Origin: Eledone cirrhosa
Taxonomy: Eukaryota
DNA: 64,000 nucleotides
NCBI GenBank assembly: GCA_964016885.1
Contig: OZ024740.1
Coordinates: 158,596,001-158,660,000 of the forward strand
Direction of reading: 5' to 3'
Part shown: positions 11,341-23,703 of the stretch, piece by piece
Position numbering within the stretch: position 1 is the stretch's first letter
Layout: each line of letters opens with the position of its first letter
Made by a program: the position numbers and the translations under genes
The notes under the pieces: model-generated
Database searches by the model: none
What the model saw: the letters and a program-made list of their open reading frames with translations, nothing else
What the model was told of the DNA's origin: nothing

Positions 11341-11378
<38 letters not shown>

Positions 11379-11417
11379 ATATTTAATAAATGGAAACTAT
11401 ATTTATAAAACCATATT

Positions 11418-11478
11418 TATTCTATTATATATATTTCAAGGGTACCAAAACTTTGGTACGCTTTCATCAGATAAAATA
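11418..11478 (-). ncRNA. Minimal type I hammerhead ribozyme motif (Penelope-type)
   Basis: Minus strand reads TATTTTAT-CTGATGA-AAGCGTACCAAAGTTTTGGTACCCTT-GAAA-TATATA-TA-ATAGAATA. Stem I is 8 bp (one G-U), stem II is long and stem III is palindromic. Confidence 0.75.
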
Positions 11479-11515
11479 CAAAGCTTGTTTTATAAATTTT
11501 GACATAACCAAGAAA

Positions 11516-11628
11516 AGATACCTTAACGGTTCAAGTTTTCCTTGGATAGACTATCCAAGAAAAACTTGGACCGTTCAAGTTTTCCTTGGATAGACTATCC
11601 AAGGAAAACTTGGACCGTTAAGGTATCT
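11516..11628. repeat. Palindrome containing a tandemly duplicated internal palindrome (double hairpin)
   Basis: agataccttaacggtt[caagttttccttggatagactatccaagRaaaacttggaccgtt]x2 aaggtatct. Confidence 0.9.
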
Positions 11629-11854
11629 GAAGTTTATATCTTTTGTGTCACCTTTTGTTATCATATTTTCTGATATCATATTTATATTTTTCATCATGGA
11701 TTCGCTTATTTTTTAAATAGATTCGGTATTTTCTTGATAATTATTTTGATTTTTAGGTTGTGTTGTAGGAACTAAAGTTCATCATAGTTCTCCTGGCCAC
11801 AACAGAATAGTTTAAAACTGTCCACGGGAATTTCCCTATTGTGATGGGTTTTTT

Positions 11855-12702
11855 TATAGCCGAATCCATAAAAGAACTAGAAAATAAGTTTTGACTATGG
11901 AAACAGAATCAAAGGGCCTGAGAGTAAACTAAGCCGAAACTAAAGTTTTAGTAAGTAGGAAAGAAGATAGGACCCTGATTCCTTTAGGGAAGTGGTCCTG
12001 CTCAATATGTAGAAAGGGAGTAGGTATAAACTCCATACAATGTACACAATGTAAATCTAGACTAACGGAAAAGGAAGGCTTCAAGGTCCATGTCACGTAA
12101 ATAGCTTCTGCTATCTAGGTGACATAATTAACAGTGGACGAGGGTGTTCTGAGAGCATAATAGCTATAATAAGGATAGGTTGGAAAAAGTTCAGAGAGCT
12201 ACTCCTACTCTTGACAACAAAAGGTTTCTCCTTGCATACAAAAGTATGATTGCGAAGTGTAATGGTTCATGCTAGTGAAACATGGGCTGTGACTGCAGAG
12301 GACATGGTTAGACTGGAGAGAATTGAAGCAGCCATGCTTTGTTGGATGTGCATTGTATGTGTGTGAGAAAGGCAGAGCTTGCACAGGCTGAGGAAGAAGC
12401 TGGGTTTAAGAGGAATCTAAGATGGTATGCAGGCGTGATAACTGTGTTTGTACAGACATGTGATGCACATGGATGACGATTGGATGGAGAAGTGCCAGGA
12501 AATGCCAGTGGAAGGAAGCTGCAGTAGAAGTAGACCAAGAAAGACCTGGGCAGAGGTGGTGAGAGCTGACCTCAAATTGCTGAGACTTACAAGGGAGTTG
12601 ATGAAGGAACGTGGTGAGTGAGGCATGTTGTGTTGAAAAAGACCCATCTAACCCATGCAAGCATGAAAAAATAGACATAAAAACCAATGATAGTGATGAT
12701 GA
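11855..12702 (+). mobile_element. Old degenerate RTE LINE 3' half with short 3' tail
   Basis: IAESIKELENKF..SKGLRVN..TKVLV..KWSCSICRKGVGINSIQCTQC..GWKKFRELLL..HASETWAV..RPRKTWAEVVRADL. The ORF end runs directly into aacccatgcaagcatg..gatgatga. Confidence 0.85.
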
Positions 12703-13450
12703 GATATTTATCAATGTGTATGTATATATATGTGTGTGTGCATATGTATATATACATATGTGTGTGTGTATAGATATATATATATTGTTTATACGTAATT
12801 TATATGCATATATAGTACATAAATGCACAGAAAATAACATATTACTCTATTACAAGTTTTCTTCTATGCAGTAGATATTGATGTGTGAAAACTCCAAATT
12901 CTCTCTTCTCTCTCTCCTTGTCTTTCTGTCTTTCTGTCAGTCTGTTTTTCTTTTTTTTTTGTTCTCCTACCTCATCACTTTGTTCATATATTAAAATGGC
13001 ATATCATTATGTATATAAGTTTGTGTGTATGTTGTGTGGGAATGTGTGAGTGCATGTGTCTGTGTGTGAGTCTCTCAATGTGTCTGTGTCTGTTAGTGAG
13101 AGATTATGTGTGAATGTAATATGTGTGAGTGAATGCTTGTATGCATTTGTGTGAGTGCCTGTGAGTTAGTTTGTGCATCAGTATGAGTGTGTGTGTCTGT
13201 GTTTCTATGAGTGGCTCCATATTTTTTGTATATCTGGGTGCGAGTATGTTGGGATGGTTGCGTCTCTAAGTGGTTTTGATTTTGTGGGTGTTGGCTTGTT
13301 TCTGTGTGGGTGGCAGCGTGTGTCTTTGTGTGTATGCAGCCTATTACTGAAGTAGTTGTGTATGCTTGTCTTTGTGTGTGTGCCTGTATCTGTAGATGAA
13401 TGGCTGTTGATAAGTCTGCATATATATATATGTGTGTGTATATAAATATA

Positions 13451-13914
13451 TCATCATTGTTTAACGTCTATCTTCCACGCTAGCATGGGTTTAGACGGGA
13501 ATTGTCCCACTTGAGGCAAGATTGGTTGTCTTGCTCGTATGGGACTGTCTGGCGGGTTTTCTACGGCTGGATGCCCTTCCTAACACCAACCACGTTTACA
13601 GTGTGGACTGGGAGGTTTTTACTGTGTTACCTACACAGCCACATTACAGCGTGTACTGTGTGTTTTTTTTGTCGTGACACCTACACGACCTCATTTATTT
13701 AGGACTGGATGTTGTGGTACCAACATAACTTTAGGTATAGATGGGGATGGGGGTAAGAGTAGTGGGATGGGGGTGTATTTTTGGTTAGGAGGTGCCTACT
13801 GACTGTAGGTTTCGCTTTGTACTTAGGCAACGCGGGCCTTCTGTATTACTGCGTAGCGCCAAAGATCTCGGTCCAGTGACATTGTCTTGGAGAGGTGTGT
13901 GTAAGGTCGGAATT
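13451..13914 (-). mobile_element. RTE 3' end with long UTR
   Basis: [20 protein letters not shown] followed by the UTR. Very similar to 40781-41278. Confidence 0.85.
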
Positions 13915-13967
<53 letters not shown>

Positions 13968-14186
13968 GTGTGTGTGTGTGTATATATGTGTGTGTATATA
14001 TATATGTGTGTATATATATATGTGTGTGTGTATATATATATGTGTGTGTGTATATATATATATGTGTGTGTGTATATATATATATGTGTGTGTGTATATA
14101 TATATATGTGTGTGTGTATATATATATATATATATGTGTGTGTGTATATATATATATGTATGTGTGTATATATATATATATATATG

Positions 14187-14252
<66 letters not shown>

Positions 14253-14262
14253 CGTGTGTGTC
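13915..14262. repeat. (TA)n(TG)n compound microsatellite
   Basis: Seen directly. Confidence 0.95.
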
Positions 14263-15092
14263 TGCATGTGTGGTAGCTGTTGATAAGTGCCTGTTTGAGT
14301 ATGTGTGCCTTGTTGGGTGCCTTGTGTATTTGTGTGAATGTTGGCAAGCCTCAGTATATATGTGTATGTTTGCATGTGGGTGGCACATGATAAGACTCTC
14401 TGCTTGTAAGTGTGTATTTGTAAACAGTTTGTGTGTGCATGCTGCAGATAAGCTTCCTTACGTGTATGTGTGAGTGTTTATATATGTTTTCGAGTGAGGT
14501 GGCTATTTATGTTTGTACTTAATCAGAGTTTCTGTTTTGCATGTGGTTGACTGCTGTGTATGTTTGTGAGAGTGTTATATGCTCTGGTGTGTGTGAGGGG
14601 ATGTTTACACCACTATTAAAATGTGGGTATGTACTTCTGTGAAGATGAATTTGGTCATGATACTGGGCTGCACTAGGTTAGGTTTGGTGTGAACGACCTC
14701 AAAGTGTGGGTATATATGCATGTATACATGCATATATGTTTATATGTAAGGATATTTTTATATATACACACACACACACATACATACCTGTGTGTATGGG
14801 TGTGTGTATCTGTATGCTTATGTGTGCATATGGTATTTTACCCTATGTTAACCCTTAGACTTATGATCAAAGGTGTTCTGAGTGCGAATGTCACATTTCT
14901 TTTTTTAGATAGAGTATCTATGACTACATCATAAAGTGGGACCTTCTTTTTTTTAAATGATGGGGTGGGATTTGAAGATTTGGCTGTTGTGTCTAACATG
15001 TTGAGTTATACAATGGCTCATTCATTGAGTTGTGACTGTCCCACTTGAGTATGTATTTATATGCCTGCATGCGTGCATACATGGTTTGTTGT

Positions 15093-15136
<44 letters not shown>

Positions 15137-15139
<3 letters not shown>

Positions 15140-15805
15140 GTTTACACCCCTTTCTCTCTAACTGTCAAAACTAACATAGGAAGGAAATTCCTTGACCTCT
15201 TAGACAAACATTTTCCTCCTAATCATAGATATTATAAGATATTTAATAGAAATGTAGTTAAAATCAGTTACTCTTGCTGCCCATCAATGAAGTCTAAAAT
15301 CACCAATTCTAATCGTACAAGAATAAATCCAGGATGCAGTTGCAGGAAGCCGGATGAATGCCCATTACAGGGCAAATGTAATACCAAATCCGTTGTATAT
15401 GAGGCCAAAGTGACACCTTTAATTAACAACCAGCCAGCCAGCAGTGAACGATATGTTGGCATGACTTAGGACAGGTTCAAAACCAGGTTTTATGCACATG
15501 TTGCTTCTTTTAAACACTCTGATAAAAGAACAGCAACGGCTCTCGCAAATAAGGTGTGGAAATTCAAAGATAAAAACATCCCATACTCTATCGATTGGTC
15601 TATTTTAGACCATATGAGGGAATACCAAAGGGACACAAAAAATTGTTCTTGGTGTACCACTGAAAAATTTAGGATTCTCCAAAACTTGAAAGCCACTTCA
15701 ACTTGCCTGAACTCCAAGACCGAGATCTTCAGATGTTGTCCTCACCTGAAATCACATCTGATGTGTAACTGGATTGACATTCCTACGATGACTCAACCAC
15801 CTTGA
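15137..15805 (+). mobile_element. Penelope-like element fragment: linker plus C-terminal GIY-YIG endonuclease (pseudogenised)
   Basis: WFTP(fs)FSLTVKTNIGRKFLDLLDKHFPPNHRYYKIFNRNVVKISYSC..CSCRKPDECPLQGKCNTKSVVYEAKV..YVGMT*DRFKTRFYAHVASF..TALANKVWKFK..CSWCTTEK..LNSKTE. One TAG at 15467-15469 separates the two in-frame ORFs. Confidence 0.88.
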
Positions 15806-16007
15806 ACTTCTTCTCTGCTCTCTACGCCTTACATCCAATACGATTTTTATTACTCTCTGAACTCACTTTCTGTACTCTTATATTCTTTTTCTCCTTTATC
15901 TCCCCTTATATTTAAACTTTTTCCTATGTTATTTATTTTCCTTATTCCCCCCTACTTTCTACCTTACCCTTTACATACCCACCTTTTTTATTTATAGATA
16001 TTTATTT

Positions 16008-16070
16008 CTGTGTATGTGTGTTGTGTATATGTGTATATATATGTAATATATATATATATATATACATATA

Positions 16071-16119
<49 letters not shown>

Positions 16120-16324
16120 ATATATATATACATATATGTGTGTGTATATATGTATGTGTGTGTATATATATATACATATATGTGTGTGTATATATGTATG
16201 TGTGTGTATATATATATACATATATGTGTGTGTATATATATATGTGTGTGTGTATATATATATACATATATGTGTGTGTATATATATATGTGTGTGTGTA
16301 TATATATATATACATGTGTGTGTG

Positions 16325-16391
<67 letters not shown>

Positions 16392-16404
16392 GTGTATATA
16401 TATA

Positions 16405-16457
<53 letters not shown>

Positions 16458-16785
16458 GTGTGTGTGTGTATATATATGTGTGTGTGTATATATACGTGTG
16501 TGTGTATATATATATATATATATGTGTGTGTGTATATATATGTGTGTGTATATATATATATATGTGTGTGTATATATATATATGTATGTGTATATATATA
16601 TATGTGTGTATATATATATATGTATGTATATATATATATATATGTGTATATATGTATGTATATATATATATATATGTGTATATATGTGTGTGTATATATA
16701 TATATATATGTATGTATGTATGTATATATATATATATATGTCTGTGTATATGTGTGTATATGTATTTATATGTATGTGTGTGTAT
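16008..16785. repeat. (TA)n(TG)n compound microsatellite
   Basis: Seen directly. Confidence 0.95.
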
Positions 16786-16972
16786 TGCTTACCATGTGTG
16801 TTTGTTTATTTATTTGTGTCCTTTCCTGTATCGCAGTCAACTTCATAATAATTTTTATTTTTATTTTCTTAAGTCATATATTTTTTATTTTTTAATTTTT
16901 TATATATATATATATATATATATAGGAAAATATATATATAGGAAAATGTGTGAGATCCTTTGTATAGTTAGG

Positions 16973-17185
16973 TATATTTGAAAAAAATATGACTTCACTT
17001 GTAGTTCTAAGTACAATACTTAGGACAACATATCATATACACATATCCCTCTTTGTCAAAAGATAATCAACTACTATTATCAACTAACTAGATCTACCAA
17101 CTCACAATATTATAATATTATCAAATTAAATCAAATTATTTAGAACTACAAGTGAATTCATCCTTTCCCTTTTTTTCAAATATAT
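16973..17185. repeat. TA-flanked MITE-like inverted repeat (imperfect arms of about 35 bp)
   Basis: tatatttgaaaaaaa..ttcacttgtagttctaa / ttagaactacaagtgaa..ttttttcaaatata. Confidence 0.65.
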
Positions 17186-17675
17186 ATATATATATATATA
17201 TATAGATAAGTTATTCCGGGTTCAATCGGGAGTAACCACAGTAATTAAGGTACTCAATGCATAGCAGAGTATAAATGTTTTAATATAGAAAAGCTTTCTA
17301 TATTAAAATATATATATATATATATGTTTGCTTGTAGGTGGGTTGCAAACATTGTCTTCCAAACTATGACAAGCATATCAAAAACAAAAAACAAAAACAT
17401 AATAGTATTACACCTTAATACTTGTCTGTTGACAATGATTATTATGCAACCACTTTGATGTCTTTGAAATGTGCATAATAGGATTATTTAATAAACAGAG
17501 GATGTATACATAATACCATCTCTCTCCTTTATAATATTGACACTCTGTATGATACCTTATAGGTAATACCTTAAGGCAGCCACATTGGGGAGTGCTTATG
17601 TCTGTTTACACCACATTCAGTTGATTAATTGATCAACCAACATTTGTTCCTTGGAATAATATATGTATGTGTATA

Positions 17676-17709
<34 letters not shown>

Positions 17710-17732
17710 CATATATATATGTGTGTGTGTGT

Positions 17733-17846
<114 letters not shown>

Positions 17847-17915
17847 ATGTGTGTATATATATATATGTGTGTGTATGTGTGTATATATATATATGTATAT
17901 ATATATGTGTGCATG

Positions 17916-17944
<29 letters not shown>

Positions 17945-17951
<7 letters not shown>

Positions 17952-18477
17952 TTGGTTAAGCAAAACAAGACCACAAAATTCACAAGGAAGACGTTATTTA
18001 AAGAGTGTCAACATAGTTGCAGCTTAATGTAAGGAATAAGGAGTGTAATTATAGTTTAATGTAAGGGATAATAATAATAATAATAATAATAATATAATTC
18101 GTGAAATACTAATATATGGAACATTACATTCATGTAACCATCTTTCTTTACTTTATATTCCTTATTCCATCTTATCTTTATCAATATTTTCATTATCTCA
18201 TTTGAAGTTCTGAAGAGCCGCTCCATAATATTACCTAAGTTACTTATCTTCATCTGAACCAGATCAATAATGATCTATAATCAATTGATCCAGAAACATT
18301 ATATGGAGTAGCGAAACAATTGTAAACGGACATTATTATTATTATTATTATTATTCCTTACATGAAACTATAATTACACTCCTTATTCCTTACATTAAAT
18401 TGCAACTATGTTGACACTCTTTAAATAACATCTTTCTTGTGAATTTTGTGGTCTTGTTTTGCTTAACTAATGAATAT
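17945..18477. repeat. Foldback element: arms of about 147 bp enclosing a hammerhead motif
   Basis: 17945-18093 is the reverse complement of 18332-18477, with 7 mismatches by manual count. The inner ends are (AAT)n/(ATT)n. Confidence 0.9.
18207..18327 (+). ncRNA. Minimal hammerhead ribozyme motif with extended stem II
   Basis: GTT-CTGAAGA(18210-16)-GCCGCTCCATA..about 74 nt..TATGGAGTAGC-GAAA(18313-16)-CAATTG-TA-AAC. It has the canonical G10.1-C11.1 pair, a GUA cleavage triplet and only a 3-bp stem I. Confidence 0.62.
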
Positions 18478-21400
18478 TTCCAGCTCTGTGCACCTAATCT
18501 CTGCATGAACCCAGCCATCTAGCTGCCTTCCACTGCATATTGCACATTGAGCACACGCCTTTATGCTTTTGGCTTCTAACCAATCTCTCTTCTCCTCTCC
18601 TATCTCCATCTTTCTCTTTAAGATTGGTTTACTCTTGAACCGTGTATATATATATATATCTATATATATGTACCCACCTTCCCATGATAACTGACTGAAG
18701 AATACATCTAGTATGCACCGCCTTCACCTCCACCCCCCCTTCATACACCTTACACCTAACACTGCCCCTCACACATCCCTATTCCCTGTAACATATGCAG
18801 AAAGGAATGTAAATCCTTAGAAAGGCTAAAGAATCATGTTCATACCACCCATGGGTGAGAGGGGAATCAGGTGGTGGCAATTCTTGTAATCGAGATGTAG
18901 GAGTTTACTTAACATTACCTATTGAGTACACTGAGATGCAATCGGTAATAGCAGTGAAATCCATGCTGGTTCCGTCAACGTATTATATATATATATATAT
19001 ATATATATAAATACACATACACACACATACTTGTATGTGTGTGTGGTGCATCTGCAAATTACTTGTGTAATTGCATTTATGATGTCCATTTTGGAAAACG
19101 ACAGCTTTAATATACAACCAGTTCATTCACTTTCTCAGTCATACAGCCTGTTATTTTATCATTCATATATTCAGTCATTCTCTTTCCTCATTCATTAATT
19201 TTTTCATTCGTTTATTCATTCATTCTTCCATTCAGCTGTTCATTTATTCACCCATTCATTCACAGGTTCACATGCACTTGGCAAGCAGCAGCGTGCTGTA
19301 CCTTTGCAGTGCTGCTGAAATGTAAAAATAATATATGCATGTGCATGCACTCTAGATGTTCTTTTGAAGTTTTTACTACACTTATATCTACCTACACGCT
19401 TCTACACATAAACACATACATGCATACACATTCACAGTTCTTTTCTCTCTTCTCTCTTTCCATGCCGCGCCTTTTTCACTCTCTCTCTCTCATGAATAAC
19501 TATCACTTAAAGTGCTGTGAAAAAGATATAAATATTCATATTCTCACTTCCCCTATTCGCCCTCTCTCTCTCTCCTCTACCAGCAGCTATCATTTGCAGT
19601 GCAGTGCAATGAGTACTATAAAACTAGAACAATGGAACTGCAGCACCTCTGGCTTCATAAAATGGTTTTGTGGCATTGAAAACATACCATCCTGCAGATT
19701 CTCCCAATTCTATGTTGTGGACTTTTATCCATCCATTAATCCATTCATTCACCTTTAAATGCCTTTCTTTGAAAGCCCTAGATTTCAAGAGAAAATTCAC
19801 TATAATTAGCACTTTAGATACATGGATTTGAACAGAGATCCTTTAGAGTCCTCACTAGTGTTGGTGATGACATAAAATGCACCCAGTACACCCTATAAAG
19901 TGGTCTGCAAATGAGTAGAGATAATATGAATCAGGAGAACCTTTTATTCTGGCTGAGAACATAACAATTTTTCTAGTGTTGGTGCCATGATAAAGTGCAT
20001 ACAGTACACTCTGTAAAGGAGTTGTAATTAGGGAATGCGTTCAGTTATAGAAACCATGTAAAAATTTAATTGTACAAATGAGATGTCCTCCAACCGTTCT
20101 GACAGGGCAGTAATTCTGAATAAAAACTGACTCTGACCATTTAGCCCATGCCAGCATGGGATACAGATGAACAAAATTACTGTTATACCAGGACAGTTTC
20201 TACTGGATCAAAAAGAATCATCTTTTTGTTTTATGGCTTTATAGGAAGGTAGATCTGAGGTAGGTGAACTTATGAGATTGTCTGTTCTTGATATTTTCAG
20301 ACAGAGCACCCCAACCATCCCCTAGCTATATTTAGGAACCTTGCAGCTGAAATAAGTAGGAAAGTCTCTGATCTATTCTTAGACAGGTAATTCTTATACT
20401 ATAATGAAGTGCTAGCTAGATCTGCATTCAATGAACAGTTAAGGACCCCTTCCACTCATAGACATAAAAACAAAAAAAAACAAACAAACAAACAAAAAAC
20501 AAAGTGGAAAGTAACCTAGTTTAAACTACCAATCAACTTAAATGCTGTTATAATATTGCTGTTAAATTTCTAGCTCTAGTAAGACATCATTTCCAACCAA
20601 AACATAAATACAACAAATGTTTCAACTTCAATAATGTTGATGTCGGTTATTCCTGTCTAGAAAACTAACTTCTTACACTGCATCCAAAAACACACACCTA
20701 GGCAAACTCCAGCTCAACAGCCAACTTTTAACTGCTGAAATCCTCCTCTTTACCATTTCATGAGATCCTGTTTTTCTAAAACAGTTATACATTGAGAAAG
20801 GACTTATACAGGTACAACTGCAAATACTTTTAAAATTCGTTATTATCAGTATCTACATACATTCATTCTCTCTCTCTTAAGCAAACGAAAAACCTCAATG
20901 TAGTCACTTAATATGCTAGAGACAGCAGCCAAGTCTCTCTTGATTCATACCCTATCACCTTAGAAAAGGGCATGCTGGATGATGTGGTCCTGGGTTCCTG
21001 GCACATAGGAAAACAATGGAATGGTTATGGCTGGAATGCTATTGATTAGCAATTTAAAGACCAATGTAAACCTAGTTTCCTTGGTCTGATTTGATGACCA
21101 ATTTCTTTCTTTTCTGTGTACATTTTCAGATATACTTACACACAGTTTCCCACATACAACACACTCAAACATTCCTCCTCTTTCACAAATACATTTTCAA
21201 ACACATGAAGACTTCACTCTTTTACAAACACACACACATACAAACACACACACACAAACATATGCATCCACACATGTACACACAAAAATGTACTCGTGTT
21301 TATGTACATGCACAAACACCCAGCCTATATACTTAATAATACGTAAGGGTGTTGGTTCCTTCATGCTACTACCATCTCTTGTCTTTTACTCTGACACTTA

Positions 21401-21984
21401 CTCTATCTCTTGTTCTACCCTCTCTATGAATCTCGCCCCACTCTCTATACCTGTCTATTTCACTCTCATACATTCATAAAACATTTTCCTTTATTACATA
21501 CCTAAGTTCATTCAAATATCTTGAATACCTCCCTCCACTCTCTTCCCCCCCCTCTCTCCCTCTTTCTCACTCTCTATAAATCTCTTAATGGTTTCTTTAT
21601 ATATAAGCCATTTCTTCCCCCTCTCTCTTCATTTACAAATGCTACACTTGTATGCTTACACATTACACATTCCTTTTTACCACAAATACATACTAGCTCA
21701 TTTACTACAGACACACATACACATTCTCTTTTACTACATGTGCGTTACTATATTTAGATATACACAAACAGATACACATGCACATGTATACATTCCCCTT
21801 TGCATATATACATGCATACTTATTTGCAGCTACACATACACATGCACACATATATAGTCCCTTTTACACACACGTTTACTAACATATTTACATACATAAA
21901 CATACACATGCAGATATCTACCTTTCCTTTTTTTACTACTACAAACATATTTACATTCAGATACACATACATGATTTATCATTA

Positions 21985-22170
21985 CTATTTAACGTTCCCA
22001 TGCTAGCATGGGTTAGATGGGTTCTCCTATTTCAGGCAACTCCAGGTCAAATGACCATGTCTTGCCCATACAGAACCGATTTTGGCTTGGTTTCTACGGC
22101 TGGATGCCCTTCCTAACACCAACCTCATTTACAGTGAGTGCTGAGAGCTTTTTGTCATGACATCTACATG
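21985..22170 (-). mobile_element. SINE/RTE-UTR 3' part leading into the 48-bp array
   Basis: tttaacgttcccatgctagcatgggttaga..ggatgcccttcctaacaccaacc. Confidence 0.8.
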
Positions 22171-23052
22171 ACCACTTGACAGTGTGGACTGGACGCTTTT
22201 TGCCGTGTCACCTACACAACCACTTTACAGTGTGGGTTGGGTGCTTTTTGTCGTGTCATCTACACAACCATTTTACAGTGTGGGTTGGGTGCTTTTTGTC
22301 GTGTCATCTACACAACCATTTTACAGTGTGGGTTGGGTGCTTTTTGTCGTGTCATCTACACAACCATTTTACAGTGTGGGTTGGGTGCTTTTTGTCGTGT
22401 CACCTACACAACCACTTTACAGTGTGGGTTGGGTGCTTTTTGTTGTGTCATCTACACAACCATTTTACAGTGTGGGGTGGGTGCTTTTTGTCGTGTCACC
22501 TACACAACCACTTGACAGTGTGGACTGGACGCTTTTTGCCGTGTCACCTACACAACCACTTTACAGTGTGGGTTGGGTGCTTTTTGCCGTGTCACCTACA
22601 CAACCACTTTACAGTGTGGGTTGGGTGCTTTTTGTCGTGTCATCTACACAACCATTTTACAGTGTGGACTGGACGCTTTTTGTCGTGTCACCTACACAAC
22701 CATTTTACAGTGTGGACTGGACGCTTTTTGTCGTGTCACCTACACAACCATTTTACAGTGTGGACTGGACGCCTTTTGTCGTGTCACCTACACAACCATT
22801 TTACAGTGTGGACTGGACGCTTTTTGTCGTGTCACCTACACAACCATTTTACAGTGTGGAGTGGACACTTTTTGTCATGTCACCTACACAACCACTTTAC
22901 AGTGTGGACTGGACGCTTTTTGTTGTGTCACCTACACAACCATTTTACAGTGTGGACTGGACGCTTTTTGTCGTGTCACCTACACAACCACTTTACAGTG
23001 TGGGCTAGGTGCTTTTTGTCGTATTACCATCACAACCACTTTACAATGTGGG
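22125..23052 (-). repeat. 48-bp minisatellite, about 19 copies, inside a SINE
   Basis: Unit accactttacagtgtgggttgggtgctttttgtcgtgtcacctacaca. ORF 22176-23096 shows 16-aa periodicity. Confidence 0.95.
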
Positions 23053-23362
23053 AAGGGTGTGTGGGAACATGGCCATGTGTAAGGCCAGGGTGTTAAGACG
23101 TGCGAGGTGTCTGGTATCTAAATCTTTTCATCATAATTTGAAATAAGAACCTTTGTTAAGTTATATTCTTAACATCAACTTAATATCAAGAAAGTTATAT
23201 ATTACTAAATCCCTTTATATTTTACTAAATTATTTAAAAATCATAGACAGTGCCTTTCACTAAAAATATGGTAACAAAAGATAGTTCAAAGTTATTTGAA
23301 AGTGATTTAGCTGCTATCTTTAGCATTGTGACATGTCCCCAGATGTGTATCATCATCATGTG

Positions 23363-23561
23363 TTAACCCTTTAGCATTTAAACCAGCCAAATTCGGTCAG
23401 AATTCTCTCACCTCTTTTTGTTCAAACCGGCTGTAACTGGCCACTCATACTGATGTTAAATGATATCAAAATCTCATAGAGATTCAATATTATGTGAAAT
23501 AAAACCATCACCACATAAATTCAATAGTACATCTAGAGTAATGGAAATACTAAAGGGTTAA
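23363..23561 (+). mobile_element. piggyBac-type MITE family A
   Basis: ttaaccctttagcatttaaacc ... actaaagggttaa. Confidence 0.8.
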
Positions 23562-23618
23562 TGTACTTTATATATAAATTATATATAACAAAAGTCAAAC
23601 ATTAACTGAGTGAGTACT

Positions 23619-23703
<85 letters not shown>

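Noticed and set aside
18693-18720. CTGAAGA followed by the ATAC/GTAT hairpin
   Set aside because: No GAAA follows the stem.
22176-23096. 306-aa His/Cys/Trp repeat protein, or a CRISPR-like array
   Set aside because: It is a head-to-tail 48-bp SINE-derived minisatellite with no unique spacers and no cas genes.
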